A stretch of DNA of 35,608 nucleotides from a candidate division FCPU426 bacterium (GCA_030637655.1 DAOWGI010000080.1:1-35608); one strand, 5' to 3'. Numbered from the stretch's first letter, positions 1 to 8,783 are shown. Numbers and translations are program-made. The notes: generated by a model not told the origin, from the letters alone.

Positions 1-13
1 CAGCCGGCATTTC

Positions 14-141
14 GTCACCCCGGTATGCAGTTAACCGGGGCGGAATCCAGGGGTTTTGTTTGAAAAAGTCACAGTCTCTGGACCCCGGCTACAATCATGC
101 CGGGGTGACGTCTGTACCGTTAATTAAGAGACACTACACTA
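14..141. repeat. GTCACCCCGG...CCGGGGTGAC palindromic REP/MITE-like element with GAGACAC-n-A-n-ACTA tail
   Basis: Terminal inverted repeat GTCACCCCGG (14-23) / CCGGGGTGAC (100-109) with internal hairpins; related shorter copy at 34270-34332. Confidence 0.7.
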
Positions 142-158
142 CTAAGGTGGATTTTGAA

Positions 159-1490
159 ATGACTAGATCAGTAGTTGCGATTGTAGGGCGTCCCAATGTC
201 GGGAAATCGGCACTTTTCAATCGTATCATTGGCAAAAGCAGAGCGATAGTTGATGAATACTCCGGTTTGACCAGGGACCGGAATTATGATATTGGACGTT
301 GGTTGGACCGGGAGTTCTTGTTGGTGGATACGGGTGGTTTTGAACCTGAATCAGAAGATCATATTCTTAGCCAAATACGGCGTCAGACTGAACTAGCTGT
401 GCAGGAAGCGGATATTGTCATTATGGTGGTGGACGGGCGGACACCTTTGGATAAGTCCGACCGGGAATTGGCCAAAGCGCTGCGCAAGGCAACCAAACCC
501 GTACTTTTGGCCGTCAACAAAATAGACAACGAGGAGTTGGAAGCGCAAGCGCACGATTTTTGGTCTCTGGGTTTTGGTGAACTGTTTGCCATTTCTGCTT
601 TGCATGGCCGATGTGTGGATGAATTGCTGGATGCTGTGAACACACATATTCCTCCGCAACCGGATGAAGATACTCAGGACGAGCTAATTATTAAAATGGC
701 CATCGTGGGCAGGCCCAATGCAGGCAAGTCTTCATTGGTGAATCGTGTTCTAGGTGAGGATCGGGTTCTGGTGCATGAAGAACCAGGCACCACGCGGGAC
801 ACCATTTCCTCTTTTTTTAATTACCAGGGACGTGATTATCAGATTTTGGATACAGCCGGGTTGCGTGCCAAAAAAAGAATCAATCAGGCTATAGAGCGTT
901 ATGCGGTGGTGCGTGCGCTGCGTACAATTGAGGAAACGCATATTGGAGTTTTACTGTTGGATGCTTCGCGTCCATTGGCTGAACAGGACGAGCACATTGG
1001 CGGTTATATTCATGAATCCGGCCGGGCCTGCATACTGGCAGTGAACAAATGGGATTTGATTGAAAAAGATTCGCATACCACGGATCAGTATATAAAAGTA
1101 TTGCGTAAACGAATGCCGTTTCTGGATTATGCGCCTATTATCACGCTTTCCGCCAAGAGCGGACAGCGCGTGAACCGGTTGCTGGAGTTGGCTGCTTATG
1201 TGGACGAACAACATGTTATGCGTTTAAAAACCAGCTTGCTAAATAAAACGCTTCAGGATATTATCCGTAAGCATCCGGCTCCCACGCGTCGGGGCAAGGT
1301 GCTGAAAATTAAATATATTTCTCAAATTGGTGTGCGGCCACCGGCTTTTGCGCTTTTTGTGAATTATGCGCAGCGAATGCATTTTGCCTATCTGCGTCAT
1401 ATTAAAAATGAGCTGCGGAGTCGCTTTGGTTTGGAAGGCACACCCATTATTATTGTGTTGCGCGGAGGGAAGGAGAAAAAACGTGGATAA
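159..1490 (+). CDS. der: Ribosome biogenesis GTPase Der (EngA)
   Basis: Two GTPase domains (GRPNVGKS/DTGG/NKID and GRPNAGKS/DTAG/NKWD) plus KH-like C-terminus; ATG159 follows an AAGGTGG RBS; the longer ORF start lies in the repeat. Confidence 0.97.
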   Translation: MTRSVVAIVGRPNVGKSALFNRIIGKSRAIVDEYSGLTRDRNYDIGRWLDREFLLVDTGGFEPESEDHILSQIRRQTELAVQEADIVIMVVDGRTPLDKSDRELAKALRKATKPVLLAVNKIDNEELEAQAHDFWSLGFGELFAISALHGRCVDELLDAVNTHIPPQPDEDTQDELIIKMAIVGRPNAGKSSLVNRVLGEDRVLVHEEPGTTRDTISSFFNYQGRDYQILDTAGLRAKKRINQAIERYAVVRALRTIEETHIGVLLLDASRPLAEQDEHIGGYIHESGRACILAVNKWDLIEKDSHTTDQYIKVLRKRMPFLDYAPIITLSAKSGQRVNRLLELAAYVDEQHVMRLKTSLLNKTLQDIIRKHPAPTRRGKVLKIKYISQIGVRPPAFALFVNYAQRMHFAYLRHIKNELRSRFGLEGTPIIIVLRGGKEKKRG

Positions 1491-2202
1491 GGCTTGGTTG
1501 TTGATTGGAATTGCGGTTCTAGTAAGCTATGTGCTGGGCTCGTTTCCCACGGCGTATTTATATGGGAAGCTAAAGGGTGTTGATATCCGAAAGGTGGGAT
1601 CAAGGAATCCGGGAGCAACGAATATTGTGCGCGTATTCGGTGTTCTGCCCGGAGTTTTGGTGTTGCTGGCAGATGCGGCAAAGGGTTTTATAGTTGTGTA
1701 TTTTTTATCACAACTCACACCGTTTTCGGATTCGGATTTGCTCCGTGTGGGGTGCGGCGTGGCGGCTATTGTGGGGCACACGTTTACCCTGTTCTTGAAT
1801 TTCAAAGGTGGAAAAGGAGTGGCGACCACCTGTGGTGTATTTCTGGGATTGGCTCCGCTTTCAACACTGCTGGTATTGGTTCCGTTTGTTCTCGTGGTGG
1901 CCATTACCAAGTATATTTCAGCCGGGTCTCTGATAGCCGCAATAGTATTTCCGCCAATGATATGGTTATTGCATGAGGCAGGACAAAATTCAGTGATATT
2001 TATTGTTTCTGTGCCGGTTGCCACCATGATTATTATTCGTCATCGTGCGAACATTGGCCGCATTTTGAACGGAACCGAAAACAAATTTGGTCAACGGGTG
2101 AGAGTAAGTAGGGGCGGGGTAACCCCGCCCGTACAAAGAATAAAAAGAGAAAAGAGGGGTAACCCCGCCCCTACAAGGAATGAAAAGAGAAAAGAGGGGT
2201 AA
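1483..2202 (+). CDS. plsY: Glycerol-3-phosphate acyltransferase PlsY with repeat-derived C-terminal tail
   Basis: GSRNPGATN, GHTFTLFLNFKGGKGVAT and RHRANIGR motifs; GTG1483 after AAGGAG; der-plsY-gpsA order. Confidence 0.95.
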   Translation: MDKAWLLIGIAVLVSYVLGSFPTAYLYGKLKGVDIRKVGSRNPGATNIVRVFGVLPGVLVLLADAAKGFIVVYFLSQLTPFSDSDLLRVGCGVAAIVGHTFTLFLNFKGGKGVATTCGVFLGLAPLSTLLVLVPFVLVVAITKYISAGSLIAAIVFPPMIWLLHEAGQNSVIFIVSVPVATMIIIRHRANIGRILNGTENKFGQRVRVSRGGVTPPVQRIKREKRGNPAPTRNEKRKEG

Positions 2203-2313
2203 CCCCGCCCGTACAAGGAATGAAAAGAGAAAAGAGGGGTAACCCCGCCCGTACAAAGAATGAAAAGAGAAAAGAGGGGTAACCCCGCCCGTACAAGGAA
2301 TGAAAGGGAAAAG
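2108..2313 (+). repeat. GTAG REP followed by a 40-bp tandem array (about 5 units)
   Basis: GTAGGGGCGGGGTAACCCCGCCCGTAC at 2108; units GGGGTAACCCCGCCCSTACAARGAATRAAAAGAGAAAAGA at 2116, 2156, 2196, 2236, 2276. Confidence 0.95.
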
Positions 2314-2314
2314 T

Positions 2315-3364
2315 ATGATGCAAGCACAGACGCAAAATCCAATCGCAGTGATTGGGGCAGGTGCTTGGGGTACGGCGTTAGCTGTGCTCTTGGCACAAAA
2401 AGGCCATGCGATTAGGTTATGGGAATATAATGCGGAATATGCCAAAGTGCTGGAAACCACCCGTCAAAATCCGAAATTTTTGCCGGGCCTTTCAATCCCT
2501 GAGCAGATAAGCATTACCAGTGTTTTGGATCAAGCGGTGGCTGACTGTTCAACCCTGGTGATGGTGGTGCCGTCCCAAGTGTTTCGCTCGGTGATCAAGC
2601 AAATTGTTGCGTGTCAGGCCAAACCAAAAATTCTAATCAGCGCCTCCAAGGGAATTGAATGCGATACCTTATGCCGCATGTCGGAAATTGTGGTTCAGGA
2701 GTTCTTGCCGGCATCTGATTTTTGCGTACTGTCCGGTCCGAGTCATGCGGAAGAAGTGAGCCGGGGAATACCCACATCTGTAGTTGCCGCTTCGGCCTCG
2801 CGTGATACCGCAGGTATAGTTCAAGAATTGTTTATGACAGAATCTTTTCGAGTGTATTCCAGTACTGACGTAGCGGGAGTAGAACTCGGAGGTTCTTTAA
2901 AAAACATTATTGCCATTGCCGCAGGGGTTGTCGACGGTTTAGGCTTGGGCGATAATACTAAGGCTGCTCTGATTACCCGGGGTTTGGCGGAAATGAGCCG
3001 GTTGGGAATAGCTCTGCAGGCGCAAGCGGAGACCTTTGCCGGATTGTCGGGTATGGGGGATTTGGTGGTTACTTGTACCAGCCGGCATTCGCGTAATCGT
3101 CGAGTGGGTGAAGAATTGGGACGCGGCAGAAAAATTGATGAAATTCTTAATGAAATGGAAATGGTTGCCGAAGGAGTGGAAACCACCCGTTCCGCTAAAA
3201 AGCTGGCAGATGCCAAACAAGTGGAAATGCCGATTACTACTCAAATGAGCCGGATTTTATTTGAACGATTAGATCCGCATATCGCTGTCAAGGCGCTTAT
3301 GCAAAGGTCTCGCAAGGCTGAAAACGAGACTCGTGAGTGGAGTGAATCAGAGGGATCCAAGTGA
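2315..3364 (+). CDS. gpsA: NAD(P)H-dependent glycerol-3-phosphate dehydrogenase
   Basis: GAGAWGTALA Rossmann motif, SGPSHAEEV, GGSLKNIIAIA, GDLVVTCTSRHSRN. Confidence 0.97.
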   Translation: MMQAQTQNPIAVIGAGAWGTALAVLLAQKGHAIRLWEYNAEYAKVLETTRQNPKFLPGLSIPEQISITSVLDQAVADCSTLVMVVPSQVFRSVIKQIVACQAKPKILISASKGIECDTLCRMSEIVVQEFLPASDFCVLSGPSHAEEVSRGIPTSVVAASASRDTAGIVQELFMTESFRVYSSTDVAGVELGGSLKNIIAIAAGVVDGLGLGDNTKAALITRGLAEMSRLGIALQAQAETFAGLSGMGDLVVTCTSRHSRNRRVGEELGRGRKIDEILNEMEMVAEGVETTRSAKKLADAKQVEMPITTQMSRILFERLDPHIAVKALMQRSRKAENETREWSESEGSK

Positions 3365-3663
3365 CAAAGGAAAAAGACCGGACCGTAACCAAGGCTGACT
3401 TGGCTAAAAAGCTTTCCGAATTAGGCCTCTCACGTCGCTATTGTCGGAAGATTGTTGATTATTTTTTATCGCAGATAATTACTGCTTTACAAAACGAAGA
3501 GGTCATTCACCTAGTGGGATTTGGATCGTTTCATTACAAGGTGCGTAATCCACGCAAAGGTAGAAATCCCCGTACCGGAGAAGCAGTGGCTGTGCCCCGG
3601 AAACGAGTTGTTCAGTTTCGGCCGGGTAGTTGGCTAAAAAAGAAGATCCGCGAAGAAAAATAA
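3361..3663 (+). CDS. ihfA: Integration host factor alpha / HU-family DNA-binding protein
   Basis: GFGSF...RKGRNPRTGE...FRPG signature; precedes MerR regulator and tRNA-Pro as in the common ihfA-merR-tRNA-Pro cluster. Confidence 0.8.
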   Translation: MTKEKDRTVTKADLAKKLSELGLSRRYCRKIVDYFLSQIITALQNEEVIHLVGFGSFHYKVRNPRKGRNPRTGEAVAVPRKRVVQFRPGSWLKKKIREEK

Positions 3664-3706
3664 GGGTCTTAAAAAGATTATGGTAGTTTGCGAAATAAGA
3701 AGGCGC

Positions 3707-3735
3707 TTGTATCCTAATGCGAAAAAAGTTATAAA
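3707..3735 (+). promoter_or_regulatory. Putative sigma70 promoter of MerR gene
   Basis: TTGTAT-17 bp-TATAAA upstream of GGGAGG RBS. Confidence 0.4.
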
Positions 3736-3749
3736 GATGGGAGGCTTTT

Positions 3750-4157
3750 ATGGCCAGACCAAGGAAGAACCAGCAACCTGATAAACATGATGTAATAGAA
3801 GAATTTTCGGAAAAAATGTTTTATCAAATCCGGGAGGTCAGCGAGATTACGGATGTCAAATCTCACGTATTGCGGTATTGGGAAACGGAATTTCCACAGC
3901 TTCGGCCGGATAAAGGAAGCACAGGACAGAGGATTTATAGGGCCAAAGATTTGCGCCTGATTAAAAGAATAAAAACATTGTTGTACGATGAAAAATTTAC
4001 CATTGCCGGCGCCAAACGAAGACTGGCAGGTGAGTTGCGACCCGAAAAAATGCAGATGGATTTAAAATTGGGGTTGCGTGAGAATAAGTTATTGAATACA
4101 ATCCATAAAGTCAAACGGGAACTTGAGTCGGTGCTACAGATGCTCAATCGACCTTAA
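3750..4157 (+). CDS. MerR-family transcriptional regulator
   Basis: FYQIREVSEITDVKSHVLRYWETEFPQLRP...GQRIY...LLYDEKFTIAGA HTH pattern. Confidence 0.93.
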   Translation: MARPRKNQQPDKHDVIEEFSEKMFYQIREVSEITDVKSHVLRYWETEFPQLRPDKGSTGQRIYRAKDLRLIKRIKTLLYDEKFTIAGAKRRLAGELRPEKMQMDLKLGLRENKLLNTIHKVKRELESVLQMLNRP

Positions 4158-4171
4158 AATATAAAATTATT

Positions 4172-4201
4172 GTAGGGGCTTAGGCTAAGCCGTGCCCCTA
4201 C
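4172..4201 (+). repeat. GTAG-type REP palindrome
   Basis: GTAGGGGC...GCCCCTAC. Confidence 0.8.
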
Positions 4202-4212
4202 GTATCATAGTT

Positions 4213-4288
<76 letters not shown>

Positions 4289-4308
4289 GATTTTTCGCTT
4301 CGCAAAAA

Positions 4309-4389
4309 ATCAGAGTGTTTGAATGTAGGGGCGGGTTCGAAACCCGCCCCTGACGAAAAAGTTTTGATTTTATGTTTGATATATAAGAT
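4309..4389 (+). repeat. About 80-bp REP-containing block, copy 1 (copy 2 at 4735-4815)
   Basis: ATCAGAG..TTTGAATGTAGGGGCGGGTTCGAAACCCGCCC...TTTTATGTTTGATA.ATAAGAT in both. Confidence 0.85.
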
Positions 4390-4390
4390 T

Positions 4391-4466
4391 CGGGGCGTAG
4401 CGCAGTGGCTAGCGCACTCGCTTGGGGTGCGAGTGGTCGGAGGTTCAATTCCTCTCGCCCCGACCA
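4391..4466 (+). tRNA. tRNA-Pro(GGG)
   Basis: 76 nt; anticodon arm CTCGC-TT GGG GT-GCGAG, GGTTCAATTCC T-arm, encoded CCA. Confidence 0.97.
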
Positions 4467-4616
4467 GATTTTTCGCCCAACGCGAAGGATCTGCATCCCC
4501 ACGCGCTTGACCAAATTTTTCGTCCAACGCGAAGGATCTGCATCCCCACGCGCTTGACCAAATTTTTCGTCCAACGCGAAGGATCTGCATCCCCACGCGC
4601 TTGACCAAATTTTTCG
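4462..4616 (+). repeat. 47-bp tRNA-linked tandem repeat (3 units plus a partial)
   Basis: GACCARATTTTTCGYCCAACGCGAAGGATCTGCATCCCCACGCGCTT starting at 4462, 4509, 4556; partial at 4603. Confidence 0.95.
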
Positions 4617-4734
4617 CTTCGCGGAAAAGCAGAACAGGTGAGCAGAGGAACAGATGAGCAGGAGAAAAAAGCGAACCTGTGGTCACCTGTTCAACTGTCT
4701 CCTGATCAAGCTTTTGTTTTTCGCGAAGTGAAGG

Positions 4735-4839
4735 ATCAGAGCATTTGAATGTAGGGGCGGGTTCGAAACCCGCCCTTATGAAAATGTTTTCGGTTTTATG
4801 TTTGATAAATAAGATGTAGGGGCTGCGTTTGCCCGTTAC
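4735..4839 (+). repeat. About 80-bp block copy 2 (REP 4751-4779) followed by degenerate REP 4816-4839
   Basis: Direct repeat of 4309-4389, then GTAGGGGCTGCGTTTGCCCGTTAC. Confidence 0.8.
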
Positions 4840-4862
4840 AACTATGGTGTGAGGTTTGACGG

Positions 4863-5609
4863 ATGTTCCCAAGACCGGTTGGAGTGGTTATTATTTCCGG
4901 GGTACTCCTTTTTTTGACTGTGGCAACCCATGCCTCGGCCAAGGGAGAAGTGGATCAGGCAACACGTTATTTAGAACGATCAACTTCATTGAATGGTCCA
5001 ACAGGTTGGATTAACATTCCTTCCGCGGCTTTGCCTGGAAATGGTGAGTTGTCTGCTGGTATTCATTTGAACCGGGCTAAAATTAATATCGGACTCATCG
5101 GTTTGGTTGAGGCCGGACTGTTTTTTAATGCCGATCAATTAGGAGAGAAGTTTAGGCCCTATCAAAATCTCTCGACCTGGAATCTGATAGAGAAAAATTT
5201 GACGGCTTTTATACGGGAAGCGTTTCGAGGACATGCTAAGCTGAAAGTGTTGGATCAAGAGTGGGGAGTGATTGGTTTGTCCGCCGGTATCGAAGAACGA
5301 GACTATTACCTGGTTGTCCAGCGTTTTATGCCGGAACTCTCTTGTGTCACATTTTTAGCCGGGTGGGGTACCGGAAGATTTGAAAAAGGTTTTTTTGGAT
5401 TGGCCAAGACCATGTTTTCCGGGGCGGAAGTATTATTTGAGTATGACGGCAAAGGTATTAATCTTGGCTTGCGTCTGCTTTTGGCACCGAATTTAATATT
5501 GAGTTTGGCCGGAAGAAATTTAGACACGGTAGGTGAGGTCCGGAATTTGGGCGAGGTAATTTCCGACCATCTCATGTTTGGCATTACCTATGTGGAGTCG
5601 ATTTGGTGA
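4863..5609 (+). CDS. Exported protein, probable outer-membrane beta-barrel (YjbH-like)
   Basis: Signal peptide ending AHASA; SLNGPTGWINIPSA resembles the YjbH N-terminal motif; alternating beta-strand pattern, terminal aromatic residue. Confidence 0.6.
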   Translation: MFPRPVGVVIISGVLLFLTVATHASAKGEVDQATRYLERSTSLNGPTGWINIPSAALPGNGELSAGIHLNRAKINIGLIGLVEAGLFFNADQLGEKFRPYQNLSTWNLIEKNLTAFIREAFRGHAKLKVLDQEWGVIGLSAGIEERDYYLVVQRFMPELSCVTFLAGWGTGRFEKGFFGLAKTMFSGAEVLFEYDGKGINLGLRLLLAPNLILSLAGRNLDTVGEVRNLGEVISDHLMFGITYVESIW

Positions 5610-5887
5610 AAGCAGAAAAACGGATTCGAGCGAAAGTACAAGGACGAGTGCAGGCTGTTGGATTCCGCTTTTTTGTCCAGCAGATGGCTGGGGTATATTG
5701 TTTGACCGGATTTGTCAGGAATCGAAATGATGCCAGTGTACTGGTGGAAGCGCAAGGCGAAAAAGAAAAGGTGGAGAAATTCATAGCACAGCTACGGAAA
5801 GGTCCGCGTCTGGCGCTAGTGGAATCTGTAACAGTGGATTGGATACCCCGGCAGGGGAATGACCGGGATTTCCAAATCTGTTTTTAA
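5606..5887 (+). CDS. acyP: Acylphosphatase
   Basis: GRVQAVGFR and GFVRN motifs; GP..A.V. Confidence 0.93.
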   Translation: MKAEKRIRAKVQGRVQAVGFRFFVQQMAGVYCLTGFVRNRNDASVLVEAQGEKEKVEKFIAQLRKGPRLALVESVTVDWIPRQGNDRDFQICF

Positions 5888-5913
5888 GAAATACTTAAAA
5901 AAGGAAACGTTGA

Positions 5914-7275
5914 ATGTCTGTCACCCGCAAAAAAAAAGGAACCCGAACCACTCGGGCGGAGAAGACAGCAGGTATCTCCAGGTCAATCAAAACGACCAAG
6001 AAAAAGGTTGGTCGTCCTGTGAAGAGTAAGCAACGCGGTCGTCCCCTGAAAATAAAAAAAGTCGGACGTCCAACCAAAGTGAAAAAGGTCGGACGTCCCA
6101 GCAAGGCCAAGAAACGCGGTCGTCCGACAAAACTCGGGAAACGCGGCCGTTCGGCCAAAAGTATAAAAAGCAATCTAAAGACGCGACCAGCCACCAAACC
6201 AGACAAATCGCAACCGCTCTCCGCAACGGCAGAGGCCTCTGAAAAAGTATCTCAATTACAAATTTCGCCGGAACAGGTGTTGGCTATTTCGCCTCTTGAT
6301 CACCATACTGATGAATCATTGCCTGCGTTTGACCCTCTAACTGATCCCAAGGAAGAGGAAGAAGAAAAAGAACTTGAAGACGACCAGGATATGGTGGAGA
6401 TAGAAGAGGATAAAGAAAGTCAGTACCAAAAACGGAATGAATTGGATGCTGTAAAGCAGTACTTGGCAGAGGTCAGAAAGGTACCCTTGCTGACTTTTGA
6501 ACAAGAACAAGAACTCGCCTATCGTGTGGCAAAAAATGATGCCACAGCCCGCCAAACCATGATTGTGAGCAATCTTCGTTTGGTGATTTCAATGGCTAAA
6601 CATTATTTAAATCGCGGACTCTCCTTGCTGGATCTGATTGAGGAGGGTAATTTGGGATTGATGCGTGCGGTAGAAAAATTTTTGCCGGAAAAAGGATTTC
6701 GTTTTTCGACCTATGCCGCCTGGTGGGTTCGCCAACATATTAAACGGGCGCTGGCCAATCAGAGCAATTTGATTCGTTTGCCTGTGCATGTGGTGGAAAA
6801 AGTTTCCAAGCTTGCCCGGGTACGCTACGAACTGACCCAGAAGTTACGCCGGGAAGCCACTCCCACTGAAATTGCCAAGGCTGCGAAGATGCCGCTGGAT
6901 CAAGTGCTGGAGATACTCCAGGTGGATCAAAAACCGGCTTACTTGGAAACCATGGTTGGACATTCGGCTGCGGATAACAGAAAACTGGCGGATTTTTTAG
7001 AGGATCGAAAAAACAAATCACCGGATGTCAATATCTTGGAGGAAATTCGAAAAGAAAAAATGCAAACCATGCTTAACATACTTTCGGCAAAAGAGAGAAT
7101 GATTATTATTACCCGGTTTGGGTTGGAAAATAATTTGCCGTGCACTTTGGAAGAGACCGGCAGGCAATTCGGATTGACGCGGGAACGGATTCGTCAAATT
7201 GAAATGACTGCTTTAAAAAAATTACGTGCCTATTTACGGCAAAAACAATCTTCGGTGGAAGATATTTTTAAATAA
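5914..7275 (+). CDS. Sigma-70 family (RpoS/RpoD-like) sigma factor with Lys/Arg-rich GRP-repeat N-terminus
   Basis: Region 1.2 DAVKQYLAEVRKVPLLT, region 2 SNLRLVISMAKHY...DLIEEGNLGL...RFSTYAAWWVRQ, region 4 TLEETGRQFGLTRERIRQIE; upstream of apt. Confidence 0.93.
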   Translation: MSVTRKKKGTRTTRAEKTAGISRSIKTTKKKVGRPVKSKQRGRPLKIKKVGRPTKVKKVGRPSKAKKRGRPTKLGKRGRSAKSIKSNLKTRPATKPDKSQPLSATAEASEKVSQLQISPEQVLAISPLDHHTDESLPAFDPLTDPKEEEEEKELEDDQDMVEIEEDKESQYQKRNELDAVKQYLAEVRKVPLLTFEQEQELAYRVAKNDATARQTMIVSNLRLVISMAKHYLNRGLSLLDLIEEGNLGLMRAVEKFLPEKGFRFSTYAAWWVRQHIKRALANQSNLIRLPVHVVEKVSKLARVRYELTQKLRREATPTEIAKAAKMPLDQVLEILQVDQKPAYLETMVGHSAADNRKLADFLEDRKNKSPDVNILEEIRKEKMQTMLNILSAKERMIIITRFGLENNLPCTLEETGRQFGLTRERIRQIEMTALKKLRAYLRQKQSSVEDIFK

Positions 7276-7290
7276 TTGAGGTGACCGAAC

Positions 7291-7809
7291 ATGATAGACG
7301 CGATTAAGAAATTGATTCGGGATATTCCTGATTTCCCCAAACCCGGAATTACATTCAAAGACATAACACCGTTACTGGCCGATGCCCGGTATTTTAATCA
7401 AGCCATTGATCTCGTGGTGGAACATTACAAAGACAAGTCCGTGCAAAAGGTTGTCTGTGTAGAAGCGCGCGGATTTATTGTGGGCGCACCTTTGGCAGCG
7501 AAATTGAGTGCTGGGATTATTCCTGTGCGCAAGCTGGGGAAATTACCTTATGCGAGCATTCAACAAACTTATGCTTTGGAATACGGGACAGATACCCTGG
7601 AGATACACGCGGATGCCATTAAACCGGGTGACCGGGTGCTGATTGCGGATGATTTGTTGGCTACTGGTGGAACTGTGTCAGCGGTGGTGGATTTGATCAA
7701 AAAACTCCAGGGTGAAATTGTCGGCATTGCCTTCTTAATTGAATTGGATTTTTTGAAAGGGCGCGAAAAATTATCAGGGCAGGAAGTTTTCTCCTTGATT
7801 CACTATTGA
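7291..7809 (+). CDS. apt: Adenine phosphoribosyltransferase
   Basis: IPDFPKPGITFKDITP, EARGF, YALEYG, PRPP motif VLIADDLLATGGT. Confidence 0.97.
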   Translation: MIDAIKKLIRDIPDFPKPGITFKDITPLLADARYFNQAIDLVVEHYKDKSVQKVVCVEARGFIVGAPLAAKLSAGIIPVRKLGKLPYASIQQTYALEYGTDTLEIHADAIKPGDRVLIADDLLATGGTVSAVVDLIKKLQGEIVGIAFLIELDFLKGREKLSGQEVFSLIHY

Positions 7810-7840
7810 TTTCAAGGTATGAAGGGGTGACCGCTTATTT

Positions 7841-7917
7841 GCCCCCGTAGCTCAGTTGGATAGAGCAGCGGTTTCCTAAACCGTTGGCCGTGCGTTCGAA
7901 TCGCGCCGGGGGCACCA
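7841..7917 (+). tRNA. tRNA-Arg(CCT)
   Basis: 77 nt; GCCCCCG acceptor, anticodon arm GCGGT-TT CCT AA-ACCGT, GTTCGAATC, encoded CCA. Confidence 0.96.
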
Positions 7918-8011
7918 GCCATGCACCATCGGGTGCATGGCAGAGCAACTGAAAACTGAAAAACGAGAAATGGAAATTTAGTTGTGGTCGGTTTTCAGTT
8001 TTTAAAAAACA

Positions 8012-8069
8012 GTAGGGGCGAACTGCGTTCGCCCGAATAAAACGTAGGGGCGGACCTGTGTGTCCGCCC
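8012..8069 (+). repeat. Two tandem GTAG REPs
   Basis: GTAGGGGCGAACTGCGTTCGCCC (8012) and GTAGGGGCGGACCTGTGTGTCCGCCC (8044). Confidence 0.85.
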
Positions 8070-8091
8070 GGCATGGAAATGAGGTATAAAT

Positions 8092-8742
8092 ATGATCGAC
8101 TTACACATGCATACACTGCATTCTGACGGGGTTCTCATCCCAGCCGAGTTGGCGCGCCGTGCTCAAGTCAAAGGTTATAAGGCAATGGCCTTTACAGACC
8201 ATGTGGATCAATCCAATTTGGAAGATCTGGTTCCAGTGATTGCAGCAACTGCCAAGGCACTTACTTTGGGTACTGGAATGCTGATTTTAGGAGGTGTGGA
8301 AATTACGCATGTGCCACCTAAACAAATCCCCGGCTTGGTAAAAGCAGCACGAAGTCTGGGGGCGGAGGTGGTGGTTGTGCACGGTGAAACACCGGTAGAA
8401 CCGGTTGCTCCGGGTACTAATCTGGCTGCTATTAAAGCCGGGGCGGATATTTTGGCACATCCGGGTTTAATCACACTGGCAGAAGCTCAAATGGCAAAAA
8501 AACAGGGAGTGGCATTAGAGATCACCTCGCGCCACGGACATTCACTGACTAATGGGCACGTGGCAAAAATAGCTATGCAAAGCAAATGCGATTTAGTAAT
8601 CAATAGTGATTGTCACGCGCCGGGAGACATTCATTCCCCGGATTTGATGCGTAAGGTTGTTCTTGGCGCAGGTTTGGCTGTGACACAATTAAAAATCATG
8701 CAAAGCAATGCCTTAAAACTATGTAAACAAGCACGCGGGTAA
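8092..8742 (+). CDS. PHP-domain protein (histidinol-phosphatase-like)
   Basis: DLHMHTLHSDG, TDH, GVEITH, AHPG, NSDCH metal-binding motifs. Confidence 0.9.
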   Translation: MIDLHMHTLHSDGVLIPAELARRAQVKGYKAMAFTDHVDQSNLEDLVPVIAATAKALTLGTGMLILGGVEITHVPPKQIPGLVKAARSLGAEVVVVHGETPVEPVAPGTNLAAIKAGADILAHPGLITLAEAQMAKKQGVALEITSRHGHSLTNGHVAKIAMQSKCDLVINSDCHAPGDIHSPDLMRKVVLGAGLAVTQLKIMQSNALKLCKQARG

Positions 8743-8783
8743 AGTCCTGGTGTGAATTATTTTAATTACAGAAAGGGAAGTCA

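Noticed and set aside
60-158. N-terminal extensions in the ORF track (der, also plsY 1366, asd 22002, ilvC 15548)
   Set aside because: They run through repeats or the upstream gene; downstream starts have RBSs and match family N-termini
2116-2313. CRISPR array
   Set aside because: The would-be spacers are near-identical; it is a 40-bp tandem repeat and no cas genes are present
4462-4616. CRISPR array or prophage att site
   Set aside because: No unique spacers; no integrase and no distal exact copy of the tRNA 3' end in the window
5895-6206. Antisense ORF with GRP repeats
   Set aside because: GGACGTCC/GGTCGTCC-type codons are near-palindromic, so the antisense frame mirrors the sigma repeats
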